The notes under the pieces are model-generated. The model had not been told where the DNA came from and searched no databases. It saw only the letters and a list, made by a program, of their open reading frames with translations. A stretch of DNA of 43,406 nucleotides from Chthonomonadaceae bacterium (GTDB lineage: Bacteria; Armatimonadota; Chthonomonadetes; Chthonomonadales; Chthonomonadaceae): NCBI GenBank assembly GCA_035650735.1, contig DASRGZ010000110.1, positions 1-43,406 of the forward strand, in the 5' to 3' direction. A program made the translations under genes and the position numbers. Positions 27,592 to 36,041 of this stretch are shown here, piece after piece (position 1 is the stretch's first letter; the number at the start of each line of letters is the position of its first letter).

Positions 27592-29310
27592 CTACCAGTC
27601 CGGGCCACGCATCCAATTGCGCCCGCGCCCGAAACCCGGCAGGCCGCGCCGCCGCCAGTCCACCGGCGGCTCCGATTCCTCCTCATCTACCTCATCTACC
27701 TCACGCACGTCCAGTTCGTCTCCCTCCCCCTGGCTGGCGCGCGACAGGCCGAGCGCCTCCCGCTCCTGCTGCTTTAGCTCGACCAGGCGCGGCAGCACGG
27801 CCAGCACGCCAAGCAGCGTTCCCGTCAGGATCATGGGGCGGTAGTTGGCAAACGTCAGGTCGTATTCTCCATAGATCAGATGCATCAGGAACTCGGCGAT
27901 GACCAGGATGCCGATCACCTGGAGGCGCGGATCGCGAATGGCTTTGAGGAGTTGGGGGCCGCGTATCAGCACCGTCGCCACAAACATCCAGAAGAGCACA
28001 AAGCCGATATTCCCCAGGCGCATCCAGATCCAGAGTATGCCGTTGTGCGGCAGAACGTTCATGAACGGGTCAAAGCGCCCGAACTGGGTAAACGCGACCA
28101 CATAGGGGCGACCGTATCCGTAGCCGAGCCAGGGAGAGGTATCGCGGGTCAGCGACAGGTTCATATTCTCGGAAAGGCGGTAGTAGTCCGAGGCCGCATC
28201 GCGCCCGTCCGGGGACGTGCGCGACCGGATGGCGCGCGCGGGCAGGGCCCACGGTCCTTGTCCATGCCAGGCTATCGGCAGGTAGATAGCCGAAATAAAG
28301 GCAAACGCCACCAAAAAGCGAATCAAGGCGGCGCGTCGTTCTCTGAGCAAGACGGCGCTCATGGCAATGACGATGGGGAAAGCGACGATGAAAGCGGCAA
28401 TGGCCGCGCGCCGGCCGTTGGCCAGGTCGGTGATCAGCGCCGTCGGCACAAAGGCAATGAACCCCCATTTTAATTTCGGGTCCACCTGCGCAATCGTATA
28501 AAGCAGCGCGCCGAACAGGACGATGTTGCACAGCAGGCTGTCCTCATGGCTGAGAACCCCTTCATCTGCGGAGACATTGGGGTTCTTGGCAAAGTTGACG
28601 GTGCCGACAATCGTCTTGGCCCCGATCCCTATCAGCATCACCCACATCAAAGTCAGCGCGTGTTTCCGGTCGGTGATCAGGTTGGTGGCCAGCAGATAGG
28701 CCAGGGCGAAATAGGCTTGCGCCCGCACTTCCCAGAGCGCCGTAGTGATATCGCCGCCTTTCTCCAACCCATTGATGAAGCCGAAGACGCACCAGGCCAG
28801 ATAGAGAGCAAACCAGCCGAAGAACGCGCCCGGATTCCAATGCAGCTGCCGCAGGGTGATCTGGCGCATCAGCCAGAAGAGGAACGTCATCGCCATGAAT
28901 AGCTCGCCCAAATTCACATGCAGGAACTCTAGCGACGTCGATCCGGTAAAAAACGCCCACGCCTGGTTGAAGTTCCAGAAGAGGGGCACCCAGGCGAACG
29001 GATCCCGGTTCATGTTCATCGGGATCTGCATGAACAGGCAGGCTGAGAGCACCAACAGATAGAGGCCGGCGCGCGGGTAATTCCAGATAAGGACGGGAAT
29101 ACAACAAAGAGCGACGACCCCTATGCCAAAGAAAGGCGCATAAGCCAGGCTTTTCGGCGCGAGAAAGCGCACCGCAGTGATAGCTCCCAGCGCCACCGTC
29201 AGCAGGAGCAGCATTAGGACCATCAGCCGGCGGTTGCGGTAGCGTTTCGACTCGGCATAGTCCCGCACGCTATTCATCAGCTCGATGCGCTGAAACCCGG
29301 TTTCAATCAT
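27592..29310 (-). CDS. O-antigen ligase / Wzy polymerase-like membrane protein
   Basis: About 12 TM segments; RRAA, GYGYG and PHNGILWIWMRLG (Wzy_C signature). Confidence 0.85.
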   Translation of the reverse strand: MIETGFQRIELMNSVRDYAESKRYRNRRLMVLMLLLLTVALGAITAVRFLAPKSLAYAPFFGIGVVALCCIPVLIWNYPRAGLYLLVLSACLFMQIPMNMNRDPFAWVPLFWNFNQAWAFFTGSTSLEFLHVNLGELFMAMTFLFWLMRQITLRQLHWNPGAFFGWFALYLAWCVFGFINGLEKGGDITTALWEVRAQAYFALAYLLATNLITDRKHALTLMWVMLIGIGAKTIVGTVNFAKNPNVSADEGVLSHEDSLLCNIVLFGALLYTIAQVDPKLKWGFIAFVPTALITDLANGRRAAIAAFIVAFPIVIAMSAVLLRERRAALIRFLVAFAFISAIYLPIAWHGQGPWALPARAIRSRTSPDGRDAASDYYRLSENMNLSLTRDTSPWLGYGYGRPYVVAFTQFGRFDPFMNVLPHNGILWIWMRLGNIGFVLFWMFVATVLIRGPQLLKAIRDPRLQVIGILVIAEFLMHLIYGEYDLTFANYRPMILTGTLLGVLAVLPRLVELKQQEREALGLSRASQGEGDELDVREVDEVDEEESEPPVDWRRRGLPGFGRGRNWMRGPDW

Positions 29311-29350
29311 GGCGCCAATGTCCCTTTCCTTTTAGCGCGTTCGCTCGTAG

Positions 29351-29453
29351 ACCTCACCCCCGGCCCCTCTCCTTCTCAAGGAGAGGGGAGAGCGCTTACT
29401 GTCAGGCCCCTCTCCTTAGGAAGGAGAGAGGTGGCTGCAAGCCGGGGCGAGGT
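29351..29453. repeat. Palindromic repeat, family 1
   Basis: ACCTCACCCCCGGCCCCTCTCCTTCTCAAGGAGAGGGG plus an inverted second half. Partial copies at ~1957-1973, 27544-27575 and 31204-31240. Confidence 0.8.
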
Positions 29454-29462
29454 CAGCCCAAC

Positions 29463-31190
29463 TTAGCGGCAGCGCAGCAGCGTAATGGAATATGCCGGAA
29501 GCTGCACGCGCGCCCGGCCCGCCCTGATGGCAATATCGGGCAGGTGTCGGATACTCTTCAGGTCTTCGCCGCTATAACGGTAGACGCTGGCGGCGGTGAC
29601 GGGCTTGCCTCCCTGGACAGCCAGCGTGACGGTCGCCTCGGTCTCCGGCATCTTGTTGAGGATCAGGATGCAAGGGTTGCCTGTCTTTGCCTCCACGCTG
29701 CCGAAGCAGGAGACCTGGTTCGGGGCGTTGGAGTCTGCGGCGACGGCCACATCGCCAAAGCCATATCCGGCGCCATCGGCGTTGCGGAACATCCGGTAGG
29801 CGTAGAAGCCGGGCGTCCCGATTCCTGGCGCCGTCCAGTAGCAGGCCAGCTCCACGCGCTCCCGGCCCAGTATCCCCAAAACCTCCGCCACAGCCAAGCC
29901 GCCGTTGAGCGTGCCGTCGGCACCCCAGTTCCACTCGGTAAGCCCGATCTTGGTGCCGGGATAGTACTTGTTGATCCACTGGCGCAGGCGCGGGATCAAC
30001 TGCACCGCCGTCCCGATCCAGGACTCATCCGTATAGGTAGGGTCCCAGAGCGCGCGGGTGCTGCGCAAGCGCAGCGCGTCGGTCTGCGGATCGCTGCGGC
30101 TGCCGTAGACGCCGTTCCCCTGGGGATAGAAGTGAACATCCAGCACGTCCAGCGTGCGCCGCCCGGTTTTCCGGTCGTGGGCGGCTACCTGCTGGAGAAA
30201 CCAGGGCAGAAAGGCCATGCCGCCGTGCGCGGCGCGGTCGGCGGCGGTGCGGTAGTTGTCGCTGCCCCGGTCGCGCGGCGAGAAGAAGTAGCCCGTCCAG
30301 CCCCAGGAGACCGGCCCGGTGATCTGGGCCGTCGGGTCCACGTCCTTAATGGCGGTGGCGTAGTCTAAGAATCGGCGCAAAAGCTCGTCATAATCCGGGC
30401 GTACCGGATGCATGTCGGTATGCGTGCCGTCCCACAGGTCAGGCTCGTTATCCATGGCATAGAAGCGCACGCCGCCCGCGCTGGCCCGGCCAAACTTGCG
30501 CGTCAGGTGATAGACCCACTCATCCTGATAGACGACATCGTCGGTCAGGTTGGGCGGGTCAGAGAAAGGACGGCCCTTGCGCGGGAGGGAGCGTTGGGAG
30601 ACGCGCCGCCGGTTTGCGCCTGGATCGTAGCCCGCGATGGCCTCCGAGCCGGGCGCGACCGGCGGGCCGGACATGTCGGGCACGCCCAGGGATCGGTTGG
30701 CATTGTTGTCGTCGCGGGCAACCCAGCCCATCGTCGGAATGGTGATAAGCGCCTGCGCGCCGACCGATTTACCGTAGGCGATGCCCTTGTCGGCGACGCC
30801 GGAGGGCCGGCGATCTTGCGGGGAGGTGTTGTTATAATTGCCGTTGCGGAACTGCCAATCGCGGGCGGCGTTCCAGCAGTTGCCCTTCTCCCAGTTGTAG
30901 CGCGTGGAGGGGTTGCCGCCCCAGCGCCACAGCGGCACGCGCAGCTGGCGATAGTGATCCGGGCCGGGGCTGGCCATGCCGTAGATGTAGGGGCTGATGG
31001 GACCTAATCGCTGCCCGGCATGGATCGTAAGGAGGATATCGGTCGGGCGCTGGCTCGCGTCTTCCGGCAGCGCGGCATTGGCGCCGCGCCCGGATCTCTG
31101 TCCTGCAAACAGGCCGATGGCAGCGATTCCCGCCAGCGCACAGAGCCATACCAGTGTGGTGCGTATCCGATTGATAACCTGGGTATCCAT
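29463..31190 (-). CDS. Glycoside hydrolase family 44 (endoglucanase-like), exported
   Basis: ISPYIYG, RWGGNPSTRYNW, DNEPDLW, DVHFYPQ, STRALWDPTY and TEWNWG motifs; N-terminal signal or anchor. Confidence 0.9.
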   Translation of the reverse strand: MDTQVINRIRTTLVWLCALAGIAAIGLFAGQRSGRGANAALPEDASQRPTDILLTIHAGQRLGPISPYIYGMASPGPDHYRQLRVPLWRWGGNPSTRYNWEKGNCWNAARDWQFRNGNYNNTSPQDRRPSGVADKGIAYGKSVGAQALITIPTMGWVARDDNNANRSLGVPDMSGPPVAPGSEAIAGYDPGANRRRVSQRSLPRKGRPFSDPPNLTDDVVYQDEWVYHLTRKFGRASAGGVRFYAMDNEPDLWDGTHTDMHPVRPDYDELLRRFLDYATAIKDVDPTAQITGPVSWGWTGYFFSPRDRGSDNYRTAADRAAHGGMAFLPWFLQQVAAHDRKTGRRTLDVLDVHFYPQGNGVYGSRSDPQTDALRLRSTRALWDPTYTDESWIGTAVQLIPRLRQWINKYYPGTKIGLTEWNWGADGTLNGGLAVAEVLGILGRERVELACYWTAPGIGTPGFYAYRMFRNADGAGYGFGDVAVAADSNAPNQVSCFGSVEAKTGNPCILILNKMPETEATVTLAVQGGKPVTAASVYRYSGEDLKSIRHLPDIAIRAGRARVQLPAYSITLLRCR

Positions 31191-31278
31191 ACCTGAGTTC
31201 AGTACCTAACTCCCATCCGCTCCTCAAGGAGAGGAGCGGCCCCCGCCCCTTCATCCCACTGCTTGGGTCGGGACCAGG

Positions 31279-31923
31279 TCAAGCCTCCAGCTCCCGGATC
31301 ACTTTGGCCGGTACACCACCGACCAGCGTGTTCGGCGGCACATCGCGCGTAACGACGGCGCCCGCCGCCACCACCGCACCCTGTCCGACTGTGACGCCCG
31401 GCAAGATCGTGGCCCGCGCGCCGATCCAGACGCCGTCCTCAATGGTGATAGGCGCGCTGCGCCAAGGGCCGCAGCGCTGCCAGGCAGGGCCGATGGCGTG
31501 GTCGGTCGTGATCAGGATGACGTGATGGCCGATAAAGACGCGGCTGCCGATAGTGATAGGCGCGCACACATCGGCATACAGGGGCGCCGTGATCTGGCTA
31601 TCCTCGCCAAGGCGAAAGCGTTCGTGAATGCGGCCCGGCCCGGCCAGCTCGATGCTCCCCAATATCAGCGAGCGTGCGCCGATGCGCATCCCACACAGGC
31701 GGTAGAGGGCCGTTCGCAGGCGATTGAAGGCGAAATGGGGCAGCGGCGCCGTCAGCAGGCGAGCCACGCGCAGGCGTGGATGCAGCCCTTCTATCTCGGT
31801 GGCCACCACACGCGCGAGATGTCCCCAAAACCCGCCGCGCGGCGCTGGCTGCGCTTGCGAAATAGGCTGCGGAGGAGAAGACGAAGAGGCGCTGGAGGAG
31901 GCAGACCGGACTTCATTGGCCAT
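31279..31923 (-). CDS. Hexapeptide-repeat O-acetyltransferase
   Basis: ITIEDGVWIGARATILPGVTVG...VTRDVP...GGVPAKVIR. Confidence 0.92.
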   Translation of the reverse strand: MANEVRSASSSASSSSPPQPISQAQPAPRGGFWGHLARVVATEIEGLHPRLRVARLLTAPLPHFAFNRLRTALYRLCGMRIGARSLILGSIELAGPGRIHERFRLGEDSQITAPLYADVCAPITIGSRVFIGHHVILITTDHAIGPAWQRCGPWRSAPITIEDGVWIGARATILPGVTVGQGAVVAAGAVVTRDVPPNTLVGGVPAKVIRELEA

Positions 31924-31932
31924 AGATGCGAG

Positions 31933-32067
31933 CTAACCCCTTCTCCAGTTCCAATAGACCCACAGACAGATAAACAGAAACAGGAAAAACTGCCCGCGCC
32001 AGTCCAGCTTTTTGATGACCAGGCCCAGGGCGATCAGCAGAATAAACATCTGTAACTCGAACTTCAT
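31933..32067 (-). CDS. Small membrane protein, 44 aa (not in ORF track)
   Basis: GAAGGA RBS; MKFELQMFILLIALGLVIKKLDWRGQFFLFLFICLWVYWNWRRG; fills the operon gap on the operon strand. Confidence 0.7.
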   Translation of the reverse strand: MKFELQMFILLIALGLVIKKLDWRGQFFLFLFICLWVYWNWRRG

Positions 32068-32100
32068 GACGAATCATCCTTCACGGTGAGGTATTGCGGC

Positions 32101-33636
32101 TCACCCACCTTGCGCGAACAGGGCTATCGGCTCAACCGGCGGTCTCTCCTGTGCACCCTCTATCTCCGCCTGTTCTACCGCCTCTTCAACCGCGTCCTGG
32201 GGCACCTCGGGCGCCTCCAGCAGCACAAACTGAGCCAGCAGGTTCTCCCGCTCCAGAGCGCGCCGCAGCGTCGCTCCCGCCACGACGCGGAACCGCGCGC
32301 CCTGGCCCCTCTCGGCGTGGGCGTTCGCGCCGTTGAGACGGCATAGAGAGGCCAGCAGCGGACTGCTCGCGTAGGTCACGCCCCGCGCATCCAGGTCCAC
32401 GCGCTTGCCGGACTCCAGCAGCCGCGCGCACGTCTTTTCCAGTCCGCATACCGAGCGCTGATCGGCGGCGCCACTCGCCGTGACCACAGCGGCGCCTGCG
32501 CCACGCCGCACCTGCCAGCAGAGCCCGGCAGAGTGCCCGTTCGAGAACGCCTGCGCCACCGATCCGGCGACCTGGAAGAGGCCGTCCTGAAGTTGACTGC
32601 GGCGGAGGGCGGCCGCAAACGTCGGCGGCGGGGCCACCAGGCGCACAGTACAGCCACAATAGGCGGCGCGCTTGGGAAGGTTAATCAGCGTTCCCAGCGC
32701 CGCCCCGTCAAACGCCGTCACTCCCCCAAAATCCAGAACCAGATGCTTTTTGGCGTTGAAGGTCTCGTCGGCGATGGCCTGGAAACGCGCCAGGATACGG
32801 CTGTCAAAATCGCCCAGCAGCGAGACGACCACGCAATCGCCGGCCTGCGCCCGAAAAATCTCCGCGATGCCCGCGCTGCGCGCCTGCCGCACCGCCCACC
32901 ACTGCCGCCCCAGATAGCGGCTGAACTGGAGGATGTCGCGCACATAGCGCTTCCACAGGCGGCGCGGCTCATGGGCCAGGCGGTGCATCCACTCCAGGCC
33001 GCTGCGCTGCATCCAGAGCGGCGCGCGCGGCACCTCTCCCGCCAGAAAATCGAACGTTCCGCCCACCCCGATGCAGACCGGCACTCCCCGCAGGCCGTCC
33101 CGGTTGAGATCGATCCATTTCTCCTGCTTCGGGTTGCCGAAGGCCACCAGCAGGATATCCGGCTGCGCGCGCCGGATGTCGGCAAGTATCGCCTCGTGAT
33201 CCATCTCCAAAAGCGGCGCCACCGGCGGCGAAACGCACCCGACGATCTGCAGGCCTGGATAATCGGCCTCCAGGCGGGCCTTAGCCCGCTGCGCTATCTC
33301 CGGCCGCCCGCCCAGCATATACAGGCGATATCCCTTGCGCGCTGCCAGCGCTGCCAGCGCCGGCACCAGGTCCGCTCCCGTCACGCGCTCCGGCAGGGCC
33401 GAGCGCATCAGCCGCGCCGCCCACACCACCGGCATGCCGTCAGGCACCACCAGATCGGCGTTGCGCAGGATGCGCTTCAATTCGGGGTCGCCCACCGCAT
33501 TGATAAGAAAATCCGTGTTCGCCGTCGCCACCTGGTGGAACCGGCGCTCCTGGATAAACTGCTCCAGGCGTGCCAGCACCGCTTCCCTATCCAGTATGTC
33601 TATGGGTGTGCCAAGGATGCCAACTGTTTGCCGCAT
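32101..33636 (-). CDS. WecB/TagA/CpsF (GT26) glycosyltransferase fused to two STAS-like domains
   Basis: TANTD, PDGMP, RVTGADL, GNPKQEKW, GLEW and EPRRLWKRY motifs; then LVLDFGGVTAFD and VDLDARGVTY STAS-like segments. Confidence 0.92.
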   Translation of the reverse strand: MRQTVGILGTPIDILDREAVLARLEQFIQERRFHQVATANTDFLINAVGDPELKRILRNADLVVPDGMPVVWAARLMRSALPERVTGADLVPALAALAARKGYRLYMLGGRPEIAQRAKARLEADYPGLQIVGCVSPPVAPLLEMDHEAILADIRRAQPDILLVAFGNPKQEKWIDLNRDGLRGVPVCIGVGGTFDFLAGEVPRAPLWMQRSGLEWMHRLAHEPRRLWKRYVRDILQFSRYLGRQWWAVRQARSAGIAEIFRAQAGDCVVVSLLGDFDSRILARFQAIADETFNAKKHLVLDFGGVTAFDGAALGTLINLPKRAAYCGCTVRLVAPPPTFAAALRRSQLQDGLFQVAGSVAQAFSNGHSAGLCWQVRRGAGAAVVTASGAADQRSVCGLEKTCARLLESGKRVDLDARGVTYASSPLLASLCRLNGANAHAERGQGARFRVVAGATLRRALERENLLAQFVLLEAPEVPQDAVEEAVEQAEIEGAQERPPVEPIALFAQGG

Positions 33637-33715
33637 CGGACGTAATCGCTATCTGAAGTTGCGCTAAGCCGCCACGCAGAGTCTGTTCGTCGGTTCCCCA
33701 GCCGGGCCATGAATG

Positions 33716-33838
33716 ACCCGTCTGTAGGGCGGCTACGCCGCCAAGCGTCCTCGCGGACGCCCTGCAAAAGCCAGGTTTTCCGTCCGGAGGACGGTTGGCC
33801 GCAGGCCCACCAGACGGGTACTTTCAGTGCCCGTCTGG
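33716..33838. other. Highly structured intergenic element (REP-like or cis-regulatory)
   Basis: Hairpins GGCGGC/GCCGCC, GCGTCC/GGACGC, CCGTCC/GGACGG and CAGACGGG/CCCGTCTG. Confidence 0.5.
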
Positions 33839-33846
33839 CTTGTGTA

Positions 33847-35220
33847 TTAGAGTTTGCGCCGTTCGGTACGTTTCCAGCCACCGGCGGACCCGCCAACAGC
33901 CATCACAGCATAGACCCCGAACTTCCAGAGAATGTAAACAGGCGCATACAACAGCGAGAGCGCAAGGGAAGCCGGAACCCGCGCCACCCACAGGCCCAGG
34001 AACAGATATCCCGCCTGCAGCGCCAGCACCGCGCCCCACCCCCAGGCCAGCCAGCCGGCCCACGCCCATCGCAACACAGACACCGCCAGCGTGCAAACGC
34101 AAAGCAGTGCCGCCGGCACCGTTAACATCTCCGCAAACGGGGGAATGATCAGCTCCATCGCCCGATCGCGCAGCACGCGGTCGCGCTTGCGCGCCCCCTC
34201 CATCCACAGGCGCGGGGCCACCGTGAACAGCAGGCGGTAGCGCCCGCCTTCCCACCGCTTGCGCTGGCTGGCCGCCTGCGCGCCCGTCGTCGGCATCTGC
34301 GCCCAGACCGTCGTCTCCGGCACAAACGCCACCCGATACCCGGCGCGGCACAGGCGCAGCGTGTACTCAATATCCTCGGTGATCGACTCTCCCGACCAGG
34401 GTATCCGCTCGACGACCTCGCGGGCAAAGCACATGCCGTTGCCCTTGAGCCCATCGGAGAGCCGCAATCGCTCCCGTCCAAGCGGCTTGACCAGATGCGC
34501 CAGGGCCAACGCGCAGGCCATCAGGCGAGAACGCCAGCTTTCGCCCGCGTTCAGCACGTCGTAGCGCGCCTGCATCGCCCTGTGCCCGGCAGACAGGCCC
34601 GCCGCAAACGCCCGCAGCAGATTGGGCGCCACCTTCGTATCCGCGTCCAGGATTACGACGGCATCGAAATCGGCCCAGGCGCGCAGCGCGTCGGAGTCCG
34701 ATTTCTCGGCGCAGAGCAGCGCCCGCAGCGCCCACTCCAGCGCGTAGCCCTTGCCGATGCGCACGGTATCGGTCCGCTCCAGCGCCAGCGCCCCCTGTTC
34801 GCGCGCGATGGCGGCGGTGCGGTCCGAGCAGTTATCTGCGATCACGGCGACCCGGTAGGCATCCCGGGGATAGTCCAGGCCCCGCAGCGATTCCAGGGCC
34901 GCGCCCAACACCAGCTCCTCGTTATGCGCCGGGATAAGCAGCAGAAAGCGCGCCTGGCCGACGGCCTTTGCGCCTTCTGCAGTCAAAAGCGGCGCGTCCG
35001 CCCCGGGCGCGGTGGGCGGGGAGAGCACGGCAACCCGGCCACGGGCCGGGAGAGCCGCCAGCAGCAGCCGCCACAGGTAGAGCGCGCAATAGCCAAAGAA
35101 GGCCAGCGGCACACACAGGGCCAGCGCCAGCGCCGCCTCTGCCCACGCCGCTAGCGGCCAGACCCCGAGCCCCGGGCCTAGCGCGGCAACGATGCCCAAC
35201 CCTTCCGATAGCGATGCCAT
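33847..35220 (-). CDS. Glycosyltransferase family 2, membrane-bound processive type
   Basis: IPAHNEE, DNCSD, GKGYAL, DAD, TED and QRKRW motifs; likely ATG at 35220. Confidence 0.92.
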   Translation of the reverse strand: MASLSEGLGIVAALGPGLGVWPLAAWAEAALALALCVPLAFFGYCALYLWRLLLAALPARGRVAVLSPPTAPGADAPLLTAEGAKAVGQARFLLLIPAHNEELVLGAALESLRGLDYPRDAYRVAVIADNCSDRTAAIAREQGALALERTDTVRIGKGYALEWALRALLCAEKSDSDALRAWADFDAVVILDADTKVAPNLLRAFAAGLSAGHRAMQARYDVLNAGESWRSRLMACALALAHLVKPLGRERLRLSDGLKGNGMCFAREVVERIPWSGESITEDIEYTLRLCRAGYRVAFVPETTVWAQMPTTGAQAASQRKRWEGGRYRLLFTVAPRLWMEGARKRDRVLRDRAMELIIPPFAEMLTVPAALLCVCTLAVSVLRWAWAGWLAWGWGAVLALQAGYLFLGLWVARVPASLALSLLYAPVYILWKFGVYAVMAVGGSAGGWKRTERRKL

Positions 35221-35239
35221 AGCCTGCCACGCTCCCCGC

Positions 35240-35980
35240 TCAGGAGAAGTAGCGCTGCAGCCACTTCGGCATCGCCGTCTCCGTGCCGTTGAGCACCACG
35301 CCCAGCACGCGGTCGTTGCCGACGGCATCTATGGCGCGGGCCACGATCTCGCGCGGGGTCACCCCGGCACGCACTACCATGATGATGCCGTCCACCATCT
35401 TGGAGATCGTGCGCGTATCGGCCACCGGCAGCACGGGCGACATATCCATGACGATGAACTCGTTGGCCATCCGCAGGGCGTTCATCACCTCGGCAAAGCG
35501 GGGCGAGCGCGACAGGCGCGACGGATTGGCGGCGGCGCGGCCCGCCGGAATAATGGTGAAATTGTCCAGCTCGGTCTTCTGGACGATATTGGTCAGATCG
35601 TCCTCGCCGCCTTCGAGAATATCCACCAATCCGGCGCATTGCGGCAGATTCAGGCGCGTTTGCAGATCCCAGTTGCGGAGATTGCAATCGATCAAGGCCA
35701 CGCGCTGCGTCGAGTTCCGCGCCATGATTCCCGCCAGGTTCATGGCGACGGTGGTCTTGCCCTCGCCATAGACAGCGCTGGTGATCCCAACGACAAAGCA
35801 CCGCGACGGGCTGGAGGCCCGCTCGATGTCGGCGTGCAGGCGCGCATACTCTTCCGGAATCAGGATGCGGCTGGACGAGTAGCCGTTGCCGTTCCCGTTG
35901 CTTCCGTGACCATTGCCCCCCTGGTCGCCCCGAAAGCGCGACAGGGGACCGCCTTTACGCAATACCTTCTCATCAGACAT
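35240..35980 (-). CDS. CpsD/CapB-family BY-kinase-like P-loop ATPase
   Basis: ITSAVYGEGKTT, LIDCNLR, VMDMSP and GVVLN motifs. Confidence 0.9.
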   Translation of the reverse strand: MSDEKVLRKGGPLSRFRGDQGGNGHGSNGNGNGYSSSRILIPEEYARLHADIERASSPSRCFVVGITSAVYGEGKTTVAMNLAGIMARNSTQRVALIDCNLRNWDLQTRLNLPQCAGLVDILEGGEDDLTNIVQKTELDNFTIIPAGRAAANPSRLSRSPRFAEVMNALRMANEFIVMDMSPVLPVADTRTISKMVDGIIMVVRAGVTPREIVARAIDAVGNDRVLGVVLNGTETAMPKWLQRYFS

Positions 35981-36041
35981 TCGGCATTCCGTTCCTTCTG
36001 TGTATTACCGTTCTCAGACCGTCGGATACGGGCTCTTGGCT

